The position numbers and the translations under genes are program-made. Positions 19,330-28,824 of a stretch of 64,000 bases of DNA are shown here, piece by piece. This DNA is from Candidatus Altiarchaeota archaeon. Its GTDB lineage: Archaea > Altiarchaeota > Altiarchaeia > IMC4 > SCGC-AAA252-I15. The stretch spans positions 226,438-290,437 of the forward strand of contig JAZDNF010000001.1 of the NCBI GenBank assembly GCA_043800255.1, in the 5' to 3' direction. The notes beneath the pieces were generated by a model. It was not told where the DNA came from. It saw only the letters and a list, made by a program, of their open reading frames with translations, and made no database searches. Position 1 is the first letter of the stretch, and every line of letters begins with the position of its first letter.

Positions 19330-20781
19330 TCAGCCTAGCGGGATTGATATGAGATTCCAGCCGAGGAAGACGGTGAATGCGTAGTTTGTTGATTCAGGCA
19401 GGATCGTGATCTGAGTCGACATCGAACTTGATGATGCGTTGCCGAGGCTGTCATAGGCTGAGACGTTCACGATGTTGGCGACGGTCTGTGCGGAGGCGAT
19501 GGACGAAAAGTTGACGTAGACCAGATAGGAGCTGCCTGATGTGAGGTTCATGGAGGCGTTAACCCAGCTGACGAGCCTGTTCGAGTAGTTGATTGATGTG
19601 GGAGTCACGGAAGCGGAAGTGTAGTTCAAGTCGACGTCATAGTTGTCGGCTATGCTCAAGTTGGTGATGTTCGAGGAGCCGATGTTGGTGACGTTTATGA
19701 GGAACCGCGTTATGTTGCCCACTATGACTGCTTCCTCGTTCAAGAGGGTCTTGTTCACCGTGAACTGACAGCTGTTCGCGGCTGAAACCGTTAGAAGCTC
19801 GGTGTTCCAGTCCTGGAAGGCGCCTGAGCTGTTGTACAGTGTGAAGTTCAGGATGTGGTCGCCTACGGAAAGGCCGCTCGTGTTAAAGCTTATGTTCAAG
19901 ACGACCGTCGTCGGAGCGGAGGTGACGTTCTCCGTATGATTCCACCTATTGACGCCGTCCGCAAGTATCAGGATGTTGAAACTGTCGTTGTAGCCTGACG
20001 TCAGCGGAACATGCGCGTAGACTAGGGAGCCAGCTTCAACCTGGCTGTCGCTCAGGTTGATGACGCCCAACCCTGCTGTTGTGCCGTTTCCATCAGATGA
20101 TGAGGCGATGTTCAGATCGGCCCATTCGTCCCAGCGGGAGGTGTTGGCGTCGACCGTGTTCTGCGGGTAGCGGTAGTTGTCGGCGTCGACTCCGTCGTAT
20201 GTCTCGATCCTGAAGCCTATGGCGCTGCCCAATGCGACTGCCATGTCCCTGGCTTCGGAGGAGTTCAACGGCTTAGAGAACTCGTAAACGTACTGCCCTG
20301 AGGAGTAGCTGCTCGAGCCGTTCCCATGGGAGGTTCCATTACCATCTCCCACGTCGCGCACCCACCAGTCAGTGGGTGCGGAAGTTCCCCAGTAATCGTC
20401 GCCGTATTCACTGAAATAGTATCCGAATTCTGCGGCGTCCTCGCCGCCCAACGTCGCAGTGTGATCGTGCCCGTTGTCGAACATGAACACTGCATAGTCG
20501 GTTCCAACCTGCTGTGCGCTATCGTCTATGACAGCGGCCATGAACAGGTGAGTGTTGTTGTTCATTATGTACAACTCTCCGCTTATTGTGTTCGCAGGTG
20601 TTGTGAAGCCGTTGAGGGTTATGTTCATGCCGTTAGACCACTCTCCCGCGCCCAGGCTGCCGTCGATGGTGGGCGGGCTGGTCGTGTAAGACGAGTTAAG
20701 GAGAGCAACTGCGCTCACATCAGGCATGGTCGCATAAACGAAGACTAACACGACGATCAATGAGGGTATCCTGCTTTCCAT
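19330..20781 (-). CDS. secreted DOMON/CBM9-like plus Ig-like (DUF11-like) protein with C-terminal GWNLISIPLG
   Basis: PTIDG.L..GEW, YEFSKPL and V.KT...I.F.I.VTN.G motifs plus a signal peptide. Confidence 0.75.
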   Translation of the reverse strand: MESRIPSLIVVLVFVYATMPDVSAVALLNSSYTTSPPTIDGSLGAGEWSNGMNITLNGFTTPANTISGELYIMNNNTHLFMAAVIDDSAQQVGTDYAVFMFDNGHDHTATLGGEDAAEFGYYFSEYGDDYWGTSAPTDWWVRDVGDGNGTSHGNGSSSYSSGQYVYEFSKPLNSSEARDMAVALGSAIGFRIETYDGVDADNYRYPQNTVDANTSRWDEWADLNIASSSDGNGTTAGLGVINLSDSQVEAGSLVYAHVPLTSGYNDSFNILILADGVNRWNHTENVTSAPTTVVLNISFNTSGLSVGDHILNFTLYNSSGAFQDWNTELLTVSAANSCQFTVNKTLLNEEAVIVGNITRFLINVTNIGSSNITNLSIADNYDVDLNYTSASVTPTSINYSNRLVSWVNASMNLTSGSSYLVYVNFSSIASAQTVANIVNVSAYDSLGNASSSSMSTQITILPESTNYAFTVFLGWNLISIPLG

Positions 20782-20822
20782 ATCCGCTTAAAGATTACTC
20801 CCACTTTAAAAAAACAGGCGAG

Positions 20823-21566
20823 CTAGTAATCGGAGTGCACGTATATTGTGGCGTATTTCACGTCTTTCACCTGGTCGTAGGAGTTGCCGAGGACGTTGAA
20901 TACTGTGATGTTGTCGATGTTTGGCTTCTTCCTCTCAGCCATCACGACTTCTACCTTTCTTGTCTGGTTGGTTGGGTCGAGCACTTCAAGCAGTATCGAC
21001 TCATTGGACACTTCATCAACCCTGAAATAGTACCCTCTGAACTCTGCCACATTCCCGAGGAAGGGCTCGCCGAAATCGTACGACGATACCAGCAGGACGT
21101 CAAAGTACTTCGGCAGCTTGTTGTCCGTCAGCCAGCAGCCTAAGTCGTCAAAGCACCTGTAGTCCGGGTTGGTGCAGCCGCCAAGTCTCTCGCTTGCTGA
21201 CTTGAAGATGCACTTGCCTGCCGGGCAGGTCGGCCTGTACTTTGTCACCATGATCCTATAAGAGTCGCAGAACATCTTCCCATAGTATTCGACACCGCAG
21301 TCTGAGTTTAGCGTGCACAGGTACGGTATCTGATTGTAGTCTGAAGTTATTCTTCGTTCGTCGGTTATGGGTATGGTCGTCTGCTCTCGGACTGTTGTGG
21401 TCTGCACGGTGGTTGACGTGGACGTCGAAGTTGAGGACGAAGTCGTGGTAACATCATCCGTGCCCAGGCTGAGGCGTTCCATGGCCCAGCCTCTGAAGTC
21501 TGAGGATACTATGGCCAGGAGCAGGATGGCTGAACACAGAAGGGCCAAGACTACACTATAGTTCAT
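20823..21566 (-). CDS. membrane-anchored protein with Thr-rich stalk and Cys-rich domain
   Basis: N-terminal hydrophobic helix, T/S tract and 8 clustered Cys. Confidence 0.7.
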   Translation of the reverse strand: MNYSVVLALLCSAILLLAIVSSDFRGWAMERLSLGTDDVTTTSSSTSTSTSTTVQTTTVREQTTIPITDERRITSDYNQIPYLCTLNSDCGVEYYGKMFCDSYRIMVTKYRPTCPAGKCIFKSASERLGGCTNPDYRCFDDLGCWLTDNKLPKYFDVLLVSSYDFGEPFLGNVAEFRGYYFRVDEVSNESILLEVLDPTNQTRKVEVVMAERKKPNIDNITVFNVLGNSYDQVKDVKYATIYVHSDY

Positions 21567-21662
21567 ATCAGTAAAATATCACTCTCTAGCGTTAAAAGCC
21601 GTCCACTCAGGTGCGCTTGGGTTCCTTGGGTTTTAAATATTAGATTAGTATATTCTACTCAT

Positions 21663-22319
21663 ATGGAAGGAAAATTGCCGTTACCGTTCAGTCTGCTGAG
21701 AACGCACAGGGATGACATCCAGACCATAGCATACGCCATAACTGCGATAGCCGCTGTTGCCGGACTCATATCAATAGCAGACCAGATGCATCTGCAGACT
21801 AAGGCCATAAACTTGCAGACTGAGGCCATTAACCTGCAGAACGAGCAGCTGAAGCTTCAGGTCGATGCGCTAGGGGCCCAGAACGAGCAGCTGAAATTCC
21901 AAAGGGAGGCGCTTCAGGTGCAGATAAACATGAACAAGCCGATACTCACGCAGAACATGTACTGTCCGCCGCTGTGGCCGAACACCGTCAACCATGCGGA
22001 CTACACAGTGTACAACATAGGCCGCTCTTCCGGGATATACAAGATACAGTTCCAGGCGAAGGATTTACTGCTGAGGGCGCTGAACTTCAGCTGCTACGAG
22101 TTCTCCAACGTCTGCACGACAAGGGCCGAGTACGCGATATCGGCGAGCGACAAGGAAACCTACATACTAGACCTTCGAGTGGATGGGAACGTTGAGAAAC
22201 CTGAGTTCAGCGTGACACTGGAGTGCATGTCCGAGGACTGCCTGGATGAGCCTCCGAAATCCTGGGAGTGCAAGTACGCGTACAATACTAAGTCAAAAGT
22301 CTACGAGGCTGTGCTCTGA
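21663..22319 (+). CDS. single-TM protein with heptad-repeat stalk and Cys-containing beta domain
   Basis: TM helix followed by LQTKAIN/LQTEAIN/LQNEQLK/LQVDALG/AQNEQLK heptads. Confidence 0.7.
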   Translation: MEGKLPLPFSLLRTHRDDIQTIAYAITAIAAVAGLISIADQMHLQTKAINLQTEAINLQNEQLKLQVDALGAQNEQLKFQREALQVQINMNKPILTQNMYCPPLWPNTVNHADYTVYNIGRSSGIYKIQFQAKDLLLRALNFSCYEFSNVCTTRAEYAISASDKETYILDLRVDGNVEKPEFSVTLECMSEDCLDEPPKSWECKYAYNTKSKVYEAVL

Positions 22320-22492
22320 CCTCTTTATGAGTGGACAGGTTGCGCTCTCTGCTTGCTCCAGTCTTTTATTTTGTCATTTAGACATCGAGTTTAGCCTCCG
22401 TTAGCCTGATTATTGAGTATAAATACTTGTGCGTAAAATTTGGTTAATCAGAACCCCGTTTAGGGGTCATTTGAAGCGGAGGTTGATCTGAC

Positions 22493-23575
22493 TTGAAAGC
22501 ACTTGTGCAGGATGCACTTGAAAGGAATAGATATATGGGCATGGACGAATTTGATGAGTCCAATGAGATACGCATTGTTGTTCTCGGAGCCGGAGGCGGC
22601 GGCGGGAACACGATAAACCGACTTAGTAAGATACAGGTCACCGGGGCCGAGCTAGCTGCGGTTAACACGGACGCTCAGGACCTGAAAAAACTTGACGAGA
22701 ATATAACAAAAATTCTCATCGGCTCGAAGCTGACGAGGGGACTCGGTGCTGGAGGATTCCCTGAGATAGGGATGAAGGCTGCTGAGGCTAGCAAGAAAGA
22801 ACTGCTCGATTACCTAACCGGCGCTCATCTGATATTCCTTTGCGCCGGAATGGGAGGCGGAACAGGAACAGGCTCTGCGCCGGTTCTTGCGGAAATAGGA
22901 AAGGAGGCCGGAGCGATAGTGGTGTCCATCGTGACCTTCCCGTTCAAGCTTGAGCGCTCGAGAGCCGAGAAGGCGAGGGAGGGCATAAGCAGGCTCAGGA
23001 AGGCTGCTGACACGGTCATCGTAATAGACAATAACAAGCTTGTCGACTACGTTCCGAACCTGCCGATAGACCGGGCATTCCTCGTCGCCGACGAAGTCGT
23101 AACAAGGGCTGTCAAGGGTATAACAGAGACTATAAAGGCGCCATCGTTGATTAACCTGGACTTCGCTGACATAAAATCCATATTATGCGGAGGCAAAGTC
23201 TCCGTAATATGCGTCGGAGAAGGTTCAGGGCCTGATAAGGTGGAGGCTGCCGTCAAGAACACATTAGAGCATCCGCTGCTTGACGTGGACTACCGAGGAG
23301 CCAAGGGAGGCCTCATCCACATAACAGGCGGCCCGGACATGACGATAGGTGATGCGAACAGGATAGGCGAGCTGATAACCAACGAGTTCGACCCGAATGC
23401 CAACGTTATGTGGGGTGCGAGAGTCGACCCGCGCCTGCAAGACACATACGAGATCATAAGCATCGCTACAGGAGTGAAATCGCAGAACCTGCTCGGACCA
23501 TACGACAGAGAAAGGCTTGATGAACCCTATCTTTACACTCCAGAGTACTGTGAGCTGAAGATAAGGGACATATAA
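22493..23575 (+). CDS. ftsZ: cell division protein FtsZ (FtsZ2-like)
   Basis: GAGGGGGN, GGGTGTG tubulin signature and INLDFAD T7 loop. [10 protein letters not shown] and DYVPNLP resemble archaeal FtsZ2. Confidence 0.97.
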   Translation: MKALVQDALERNRYMGMDEFDESNEIRIVVLGAGGGGGNTINRLSKIQVTGAELAAVNTDAQDLKKLDENITKILIGSKLTRGLGAGGFPEIGMKAAEASKKELLDYLTGAHLIFLCAGMGGGTGTGSAPVLAEIGKEAGAIVVSIVTFPFKLERSRAEKAREGISRLRKAADTVIVIDNNKLVDYVPNLPIDRAFLVADEVVTRAVKGITETIKAPSLINLDFADIKSILCGGKVSVICVGEGSGPDKVEAAVKNTLEHPLLDVDYRGAKGGLIHITGGPDMTIGDANRIGELITNEFDPNANVMWGARVDPRLQDTYEIISIATGVKSQNLLGPYDRERLDEPYLYTPEYCELKIRDI

Positions 23576-23599
23576 TCCATCCAGAGGAGAGGTGCTAAA

Positions 23600-23902
23600 A
23601 TGGCGAAAAGACTTTCGGAGTGTTATGGTCTGGAAATATATTCCATCAAAGGCGAGCATGTCGGCAGAGTCGAGGACATAATCCTGAACCTGGACAGGGG
23701 CGCTATAATGAGCCTATGCCTCAAGCCGTTCAAGCAGCTGACAGGCGACTCCAGCGAGATCAAAAGGCTGCTGAAGGAGGAGAATATCAGTTACGACCAG
23801 GTGAACTCCATAGGTGACATAGTCCTGATTAACAGCAAACCTACCCGGCAGATCAGGCTTCCGTCCGAGTCGAGAAAACTATCCAGGGATGATGACCTAT
23901 GA
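23600..23902 (+). CDS. PRC-barrel protein (CdpB-like)
   Basis: LSECYGLEIYS.KG..VG.VEDIILN...I.YDQV.SIGDIVLI. GAGGTG RBS. Confidence 0.88.
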   Translation: MAKRLSECYGLEIYSIKGEHVGRVEDIILNLDRGAIMSLCLKPFKQLTGDSSEIKRLLKEENISYDQVNSIGDIVLINSKPTRQIRLPSESRKLSRDDDL

Positions 23903-24288
23903 AAGATTGGATCTCTTTTCCCTGGGGGAAGCCAAAGGCCGAGGAGAAGCCGTTCGACGTGGACGAGTACCTGAAGAGGCTTAACGTAACCGAGAGCGGT
24001 TTCATCGAAGACGATAGCATAAAGTATGTGAAACCGGTCAAACTCTCTCAGCCGGGCTCATATGATAAAGTCCTGAAAGAGTTGAGCAAGGGGAACATCG
24101 TAGTCCTGGATGTCGGGGACATGATGAAGGAGGATACCCTCCAGGCGAGAGAGCAGATCACAATGATAAAAGAGCATTGCGACGCTGTCGGCGGCGAAGT
24201 CGGCAAAGTGTCGAGGAACAAGATTCTCCTCTTGCCAAACGGAATCAGAATAGCCTGGGACAATGCTGGAAGGGCCGAAGATGGATGA
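23899..24288 (+). CDS. sepF: cell division protein SepF (archaeal, DUF552)
   Basis: N-terminal amphipathic segment, then V..EL..GNIVVLD...GGEVGKV...ILLLP.GI.I. Confidence 0.85.
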   Translation: MKDWISFPWGKPKAEEKPFDVDEYLKRLNVTESGFIEDDSIKYVKPVKLSQPGSYDKVLKELSKGNIVVLDVGDMMKEDTLQAREQITMIKEHCDAVGGEVGKVSRNKILLLPNGIRIAWDNAGRAEDG

Positions 24289-24733
24289 CGGTGGCAGCGA
24301 CAGATATTCCGGGAGAAAACGTTACACGTCTGAGACCAAAATCGTAAGGCCTGCAAAAAATACGTCAGAGCGGCCGGCCGCGCAGTCCTCAAGCAAGGAG
24401 TCGACCTTCCTCAGCAAGCTGGCCAGATCAGCCGGCAATGAGGGTGGCGGAGGCTATGTGAAAACAGGCTGGATGTCAACCTCAGTTGACAAGAACTCAC
24501 CTGCCTACAATCTCCAGTCAAGGCTTAAGTGGGTGGAGACCGCCTACAAGCAGGAAAACGCTCCTGCCAGTGGAGTTACTCCCGTCAGTGGAGTCCAATC
24601 TCCAGCCATCGACCCCGGAATAACGGTAGAAATAGCAACAATGAGGCAGAGACTGCAGAACATGATATGCGAAATGCAGTCATTTGAGAAGGATCTCTCC
24701 TCGCTGGAAGTGAGGCTTCAGCCTCCGAAATAG
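24281..24733 (+). CDS. hypothetical protein, disordered N-terminus with C-terminal coiled coil
   Basis: Overlaps the sepF stop. C-terminal heptads IATMRQRLQNMICEMQSFEKDLSSLEVRL. Confidence 0.6.
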   Translation: MDDGGSDRYSGRKRYTSETKIVRPAKNTSERPAAQSSSKESTFLSKLARSAGNEGGGGYVKTGWMSTSVDKNSPAYNLQSRLKWVETAYKQENAPASGVTPVSGVQSPAIDPGITVEIATMRQRLQNMICEMQSFEKDLSSLEVRLQPPK

Positions 24734-24738
24734 CCGGT

Positions 24739-25917
24739 CTACTTGCCTGAAATCCACGTTAGAGCCTCCCTGAGGGTGTCACTCCAGAGGCCCCAACTGT
24801 GGCCCTGATGGTATCTCCTGAACTCTAAGGCTCTGACTGACTTGTTCTCCTTGAGGTCTGAGTAGAGCCAGATGTTCGAACTTATGTTATCCCAATCGTA
24901 GGTTCCGACTATCATGAACACTCTCGCAGGATAGAAGGCGTCTGAAATCTCGTTGCCGTAAGGCTTCCCATACCCCCTCTCATAGGCGCAGGATAACGCC
25001 CCAGAATGGCACAGGATGTTCCCGAACTTTTCCGGGTGGGCGTAGACTGCGTATGCTGTCAGGTTCCCTCCAGCAGACGCTCCCACTAGAGTAGTACCGT
25101 CCGCATCAGTCCTAACATTATGCTCTCCCTTAACCCATGGCATAAGCTCATCGGTCAGGAATTTCAGGTAAATGTCCCTGCCGTCTGACATGTAGTCCGC
25201 CTCCCTGTCTATGGGGTCAACGTAGACGGCAACCACTGGTTCGATGTCGCCCCTGTCTATCATGTAATCCAAGATGTCTGCCGCCCTGCCCAGCCTGAGG
25301 TAGTCGCTTCCATCGTTGAAGTATATCACCTCATGCTCTCTCTCCTTCTCATAGCCGGGTGGCAGGTAGATGCTGACATCCCTCTTAGCGCGCGTCACCT
25401 TCCCGTTGACAACTGCATCGCATTCGAACACGTGCCTGGTCACTCTTCCCCTGGGAACGCCTTCAGATTTTTCAGTCTCCGGGTGCTGCGGGTATCCTGG
25501 CATCCTGAGCTCGGAGTTTGCGCCGAAGCCTCCGACGCAGGCTTTCGGGTTCAGGGTGTCCATCACGAATCTGCTGCCGTCGATGAGGAACTTGTAGTCG
25601 AGCCTTGCGTCCTCCTCATAGCATCCCATGACATACGAGAGGTCGGTTCCCGTCACCCTGGTCATGGGCATGGGCAGCGTCTGCCAGCAGCTCATGTCGC
25701 CTACCAGCTCAACCCTGCTGCCAGAACCCCTATGGACGAACAGCACCTCATGCCCTGCGATGACCGGGAAATCAAGCAAGCCTTCGACGTTCTTGAACTC
25801 GGAGTCCACGTAATCCTGCCTTCTCCCGAGCGGGAGATTCTCAACATCCTTGACAAAATCGAGAAAAACTCTTATGCCATCCGCAACCTTCCCGCTCTCC
25901 ATCGAGACATCCTCCAT
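24739..25917 (-). CDS. enterochelin esterase-like alpha/beta hydrolase with N-terminal Ig/CBM48-like domain
   Basis: DYKF.IDG...D.LNP, IYLPPGY, GASAGG nucleophile elbow and GHSW. Confidence 0.88.
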   Translation of the reverse strand: MEDVSMESGKVADGIRVFLDFVKDVENLPLGRRQDYVDSEFKNVEGLLDFPVIAGHEVLFVHRGSGSRVELVGDMSCWQTLPMPMTRVTGTDLSYVMGCYEEDARLDYKFLIDGSRFVMDTLNPKACVGGFGANSELRMPGYPQHPETEKSEGVPRGRVTRHVFECDAVVNGKVTRAKRDVSIYLPPGYEKEREHEVIYFNDGSDYLRLGRAADILDYMIDRGDIEPVVAVYVDPIDREADYMSDGRDIYLKFLTDELMPWVKGEHNVRTDADGTTLVGASAGGNLTAYAVYAHPEKFGNILCHSGALSCAYERGYGKPYGNEISDAFYPARVFMIVGTYDWDNISSNIWLYSDLKENKSVRALEFRRYHQGHSWGLWSDTLREALTWISGK

Positions 25918-25945
25918 TATACTAACTCAGCTTATTATCCTATAA

Positions 25946-26212
25946 GTCCATTCCAAATATGATGGCAGATGCAACAAGGTTTTTGACTATGAGAAAAACG
26001 CTGTTGAGCGTCTGATAAAGGTTAATGGCTCTCAGCGAGTTATTGACATCCTTCTAAGAGCTGATGAGATTGTTGTCAGAGCGGCTATTGATGATTCTGG
26101 TGGCTTTGAGCGGGCGCAGGAAGAGTTGATTAAGGCGGATGAAGGAATATCTAACTGTAAGTATATGCCGGCTGTCGATAGTTATAAGAAGGCGTGGGAG
26201 TTGACATTTTAA
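25946..26212 (+). pseudogene. start-less C-terminal remnant of a helical protein domain
   Basis: Open frame NKVFDYEKNAVERL...AQEELIKADE...AVDSYKKAWELTF*. The only Met is near the end, there is an in-frame TAA at 25943, and the stop lies 3 nt before the next gene. Confidence 0.55.
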
Positions 26213-26215
26213 AAG

Positions 26216-27205
26216 ATGAACCTACTCGTAACTGGTGGCTCTGGATTTATCGGAAGTCATCTGGTTGAGGCGTTAGTCGGAAAGGGCCATAGTGTGAGAT
26301 GCTTGGTTAGAAAAACAAGTAATGTTGATTTTCTGAACGAGATGGGTGTAGAGTTAGTATCTGGCGATATAACTGAAAAAGAGTCATTGAAACATTGCTT
26401 TAAGGACGTTGATGTTGTATACCACCTTGCTTCCATAAGGGGCGAGAAAAAAATCCCAAGAGAGATGTACTGGAATGTCAACGTAACTGGAACTAAAAAC
26501 GTTATGGAATCAGCTTATGATTCCGGGGTGAAGAAGTTCCTATTCTGCAGCTCTATAGGAGTTCTTGGTTGGATTGACAAATTGCCGGGTAATGAGAATT
26601 TTCCGTATAATCCGCAAGGGAACTATCATATAACAAAGTGCGAGGCTGAAAAGCGTGTATCGAAGTTCTCTTATGAAAAGAAATTCCAAACAGTAGTCAT
26701 AAGGCCGGTTATGTCCTATGGGCTTAGAGATCTGGATGGCATGTTGTTCAATCTGACACGATTGATAACAGACAAAAGATTTTTGATCATTGGAAATGGA
26801 AAAAATTATATGCATCTTGTCAATGTGAAGAATTTGGTAAAGGGATTTATTCTGGCCATGGAAAAGGAAAGTGCCAGCGGAACTTATATAATTGCAGACA
26901 AAGAGCCAATTACCGTAAATGAACTAGTAACTATTGTTTCTGAAACTATTGGTGCTAACGTACCATCGATCCATATACCCTTGAATTTTGCCAAAATAGC
27001 CGGATATATCATGGAAAAAACATATACGATTATCCCTACGAAATCCGAGCCGTTTATCACTCCCTATAAGATAGATCTGATGAGCAAGTCCAGATACTAT
27101 GACATAACAAAGGCCATAAACGAATTAGAATATGTGCCTGAGATGTCTACCCCTGATGGGATAGTAGAGACTGTCAGATGGTATACGGAAAATGGTCATG
27201 TCTGA
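26216..27205 (+). CDS. NAD-dependent epimerase/dehydratase (extended SDR)
   Basis: VTGGSGFIG and YHITK (YxxxK). AT-rich. Confidence 0.92.
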   Translation: MNLLVTGGSGFIGSHLVEALVGKGHSVRCLVRKTSNVDFLNEMGVELVSGDITEKESLKHCFKDVDVVYHLASIRGEKKIPREMYWNVNVTGTKNVMESAYDSGVKKFLFCSSIGVLGWIDKLPGNENFPYNPQGNYHITKCEAEKRVSKFSYEKKFQTVVIRPVMSYGLRDLDGMLFNLTRLITDKRFLIIGNGKNYMHLVNVKNLVKGFILAMEKESASGTYIIADKEPITVNELVTIVSETIGANVPSIHIPLNFAKIAGYIMEKTYTIIPTKSEPFITPYKIDLMSKSRYYDITKAINELEYVPEMSTPDGIVETVRWYTENGHV

Positions 27206-27986
27206 AAAAAATTATGATGAGGGTCTTGGAACCGTGTATGAGCGTTTTATCTTGAACGACATATTCAAAGGGATATTACAAAAGAACAGAATAACTTCTG
27301 TTCTGGAAGCTCCGATATACGGCATGACTGGAATTACTGGAATAAACAGCGTGTATTTTGCTTTGAGAGGATGTCATGTGACATTGGTTGACGTGAATGA
27401 GAATAGATTAAAGTCTGTTGATGAAATTTGGAACGAAGTTGGATTACGGGATAGCGTTACCCTAGTCTATGAAAAGAATCTCAGTGAACTTCCCTTTGAA
27501 GACAATTCATTCGATATCGTATGGAATTTTGCAGCTTTGCAACATGTTGAAAACGCACCATTATTGATAAAAGAGCTCATAAGGGTGTCTAAACATCTTA
27601 TTTTTATTTCAATCCAGAATAAGGCACAGATGGGGTATAAATTGAGAAAATATCTGTTGCAAAGGGATTCTTTTAAGAGCATATACGAGAGATGGATGGA
27701 TATCGATTGGATAAAAAAGACGTTTGAGGAAAATAATGTAAGAACGGTTGAGGATGGCGTCTTTGATATTCCGCCATGGCCTGATACGTGTATGCCTGTG
27801 AATAGATTTTTTGGCGATAAGCGCAAGTCAGCGTGGAACTGGAACATCGTGGATTATTACCTGAAAAAGGACATAAATCTTAGAGATAGGATAGATAGAT
27901 ACAAGTTTATAGAGAATTCAGGAATTCCAGAAAAAGTAAAGTCTCTGTGGGCGCATCACAGATATGTCCTTGGAGTAAAGACGTAG
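27198..27986 (+). CDS. class I SAM-dependent methyltransferase (DEGxGTxYER type)
   Basis: VTLVD and LPFEDNSFDIVW motifs. AT-rich. Confidence 0.8.
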   Translation: MSEKNYDEGLGTVYERFILNDIFKGILQKNRITSVLEAPIYGMTGITGINSVYFALRGCHVTLVDVNENRLKSVDEIWNEVGLRDSVTLVYEKNLSELPFEDNSFDIVWNFAALQHVENAPLLIKELIRVSKHLIFISIQNKAQMGYKLRKYLLQRDSFKSIYERWMDIDWIKKTFEENNVRTVEDGVFDIPPWPDTCMPVNRFFGDKRKSAWNWNIVDYYLKKDINLRDRIDRYKFIENSGIPEKVKSLWAHHRYVLGVKT

Positions 27987-27995
27987 GTTGATACT

Positions 27996-28715
27996 ATGGG
28001 GATTCAGAAAGATATTTATGAGAGGTATTGGACTGATGGCGGTCCAGTCATAGGATCGTATATGCATTGGAGACTGGAATTGCTGAAGAATTATATAAAA
28101 AATAATAAACGTATCCTTGATGTCGGCTGCGGTGATGGCAATGCAAGCGGTAATTTTACAAGAGATAACGATTTGTTTGGAATTGATATATCCCAAGTTG
28201 CCTTAAAGAAAGCTCTTGAAAGAAGATTAAGGGTATGTGCATGCAATATAGATGATGGCGAATTTCCGTTTAAGGACGGCTCGTTTGACCTGGTTTTAAT
28301 ACTTGACGTTCTTGAACACATAATAAACCCTGCAACCGTGCTAAAGGAAGCTAGGAGGGTATCGTCAGAGACGGGGTTGATGATAGTCACCGTGCCGAAT
28401 GGTTTAAACCTTATGAACAGACTCTACTTTTTGAGCGGTAAGTTTGTAGACGTTTTTGACCAGAATCACAGGTATAAGGACAGATTGTTTACAGAACATA
28501 TACGACTTTTCTCCAAAGAAGTTTTAGAAAAGATGGTCGTAGACGAAGGTCTTGAGATAGTGGATAGGCATTACTATTTTCCGAGCAGATTTGAAGAAAC
28601 GAACTGGAAGAAATTTCAGACGATTGGAGATATCATATACAAGACGGATTTATACCGAAGAATGCCCACATTGTTTTCACTGGGACTTTTTTATGTATTA
28701 ACGAAGTCAACTTAG
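27996..28715 (+). CDS. class I SAM-dependent methyltransferase
   Basis: ILDVGCGDG, FPFKDGSFDLV and DVLEH motifs. Confidence 0.9.
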   Translation: MGIQKDIYERYWTDGGPVIGSYMHWRLELLKNYIKNNKRILDVGCGDGNASGNFTRDNDLFGIDISQVALKKALERRLRVCACNIDDGEFPFKDGSFDLVLILDVLEHIINPATVLKEARRVSSETGLMIVTVPNGLNLMNRLYFLSGKFVDVFDQNHRYKDRLFTEHIRLFSKEVLEKMVVDEGLEIVDRHYYFPSRFEETNWKKFQTIGDIIYKTDLYRRMPTLFSLGLFYVLTKST

Positions 28716-28824
28716 TGCTGACGAGTCTCTCGAGGAACCGGTTAAGGGCGTACCGCTCATACGCCGTCCCATAGCCCTCATCCAACAGCATCAGATAAGC
28801 TTGAAGTTCCTCTGCGGGGGTCAT
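28713..28824 (-). pseudogene. truncated N-terminus of a native methyltransferase homologous to 27198..27986
   Basis: LDEGYGTAYERYALNRFL versus YDEGLGTVYERFILNDIF. Its start overlaps the stop of the radical SAM gene, and it is cut where the AT-rich cassette begins. Confidence 0.7.

Noticed and set aside
5827-20781. GWNL tails as DNA-level mobile repeats or archaeosortase signals
   Set aside because: Differences are concentrated at synonymous positions and similarity stops at the stop codon. There is no TM helix or basic tail.
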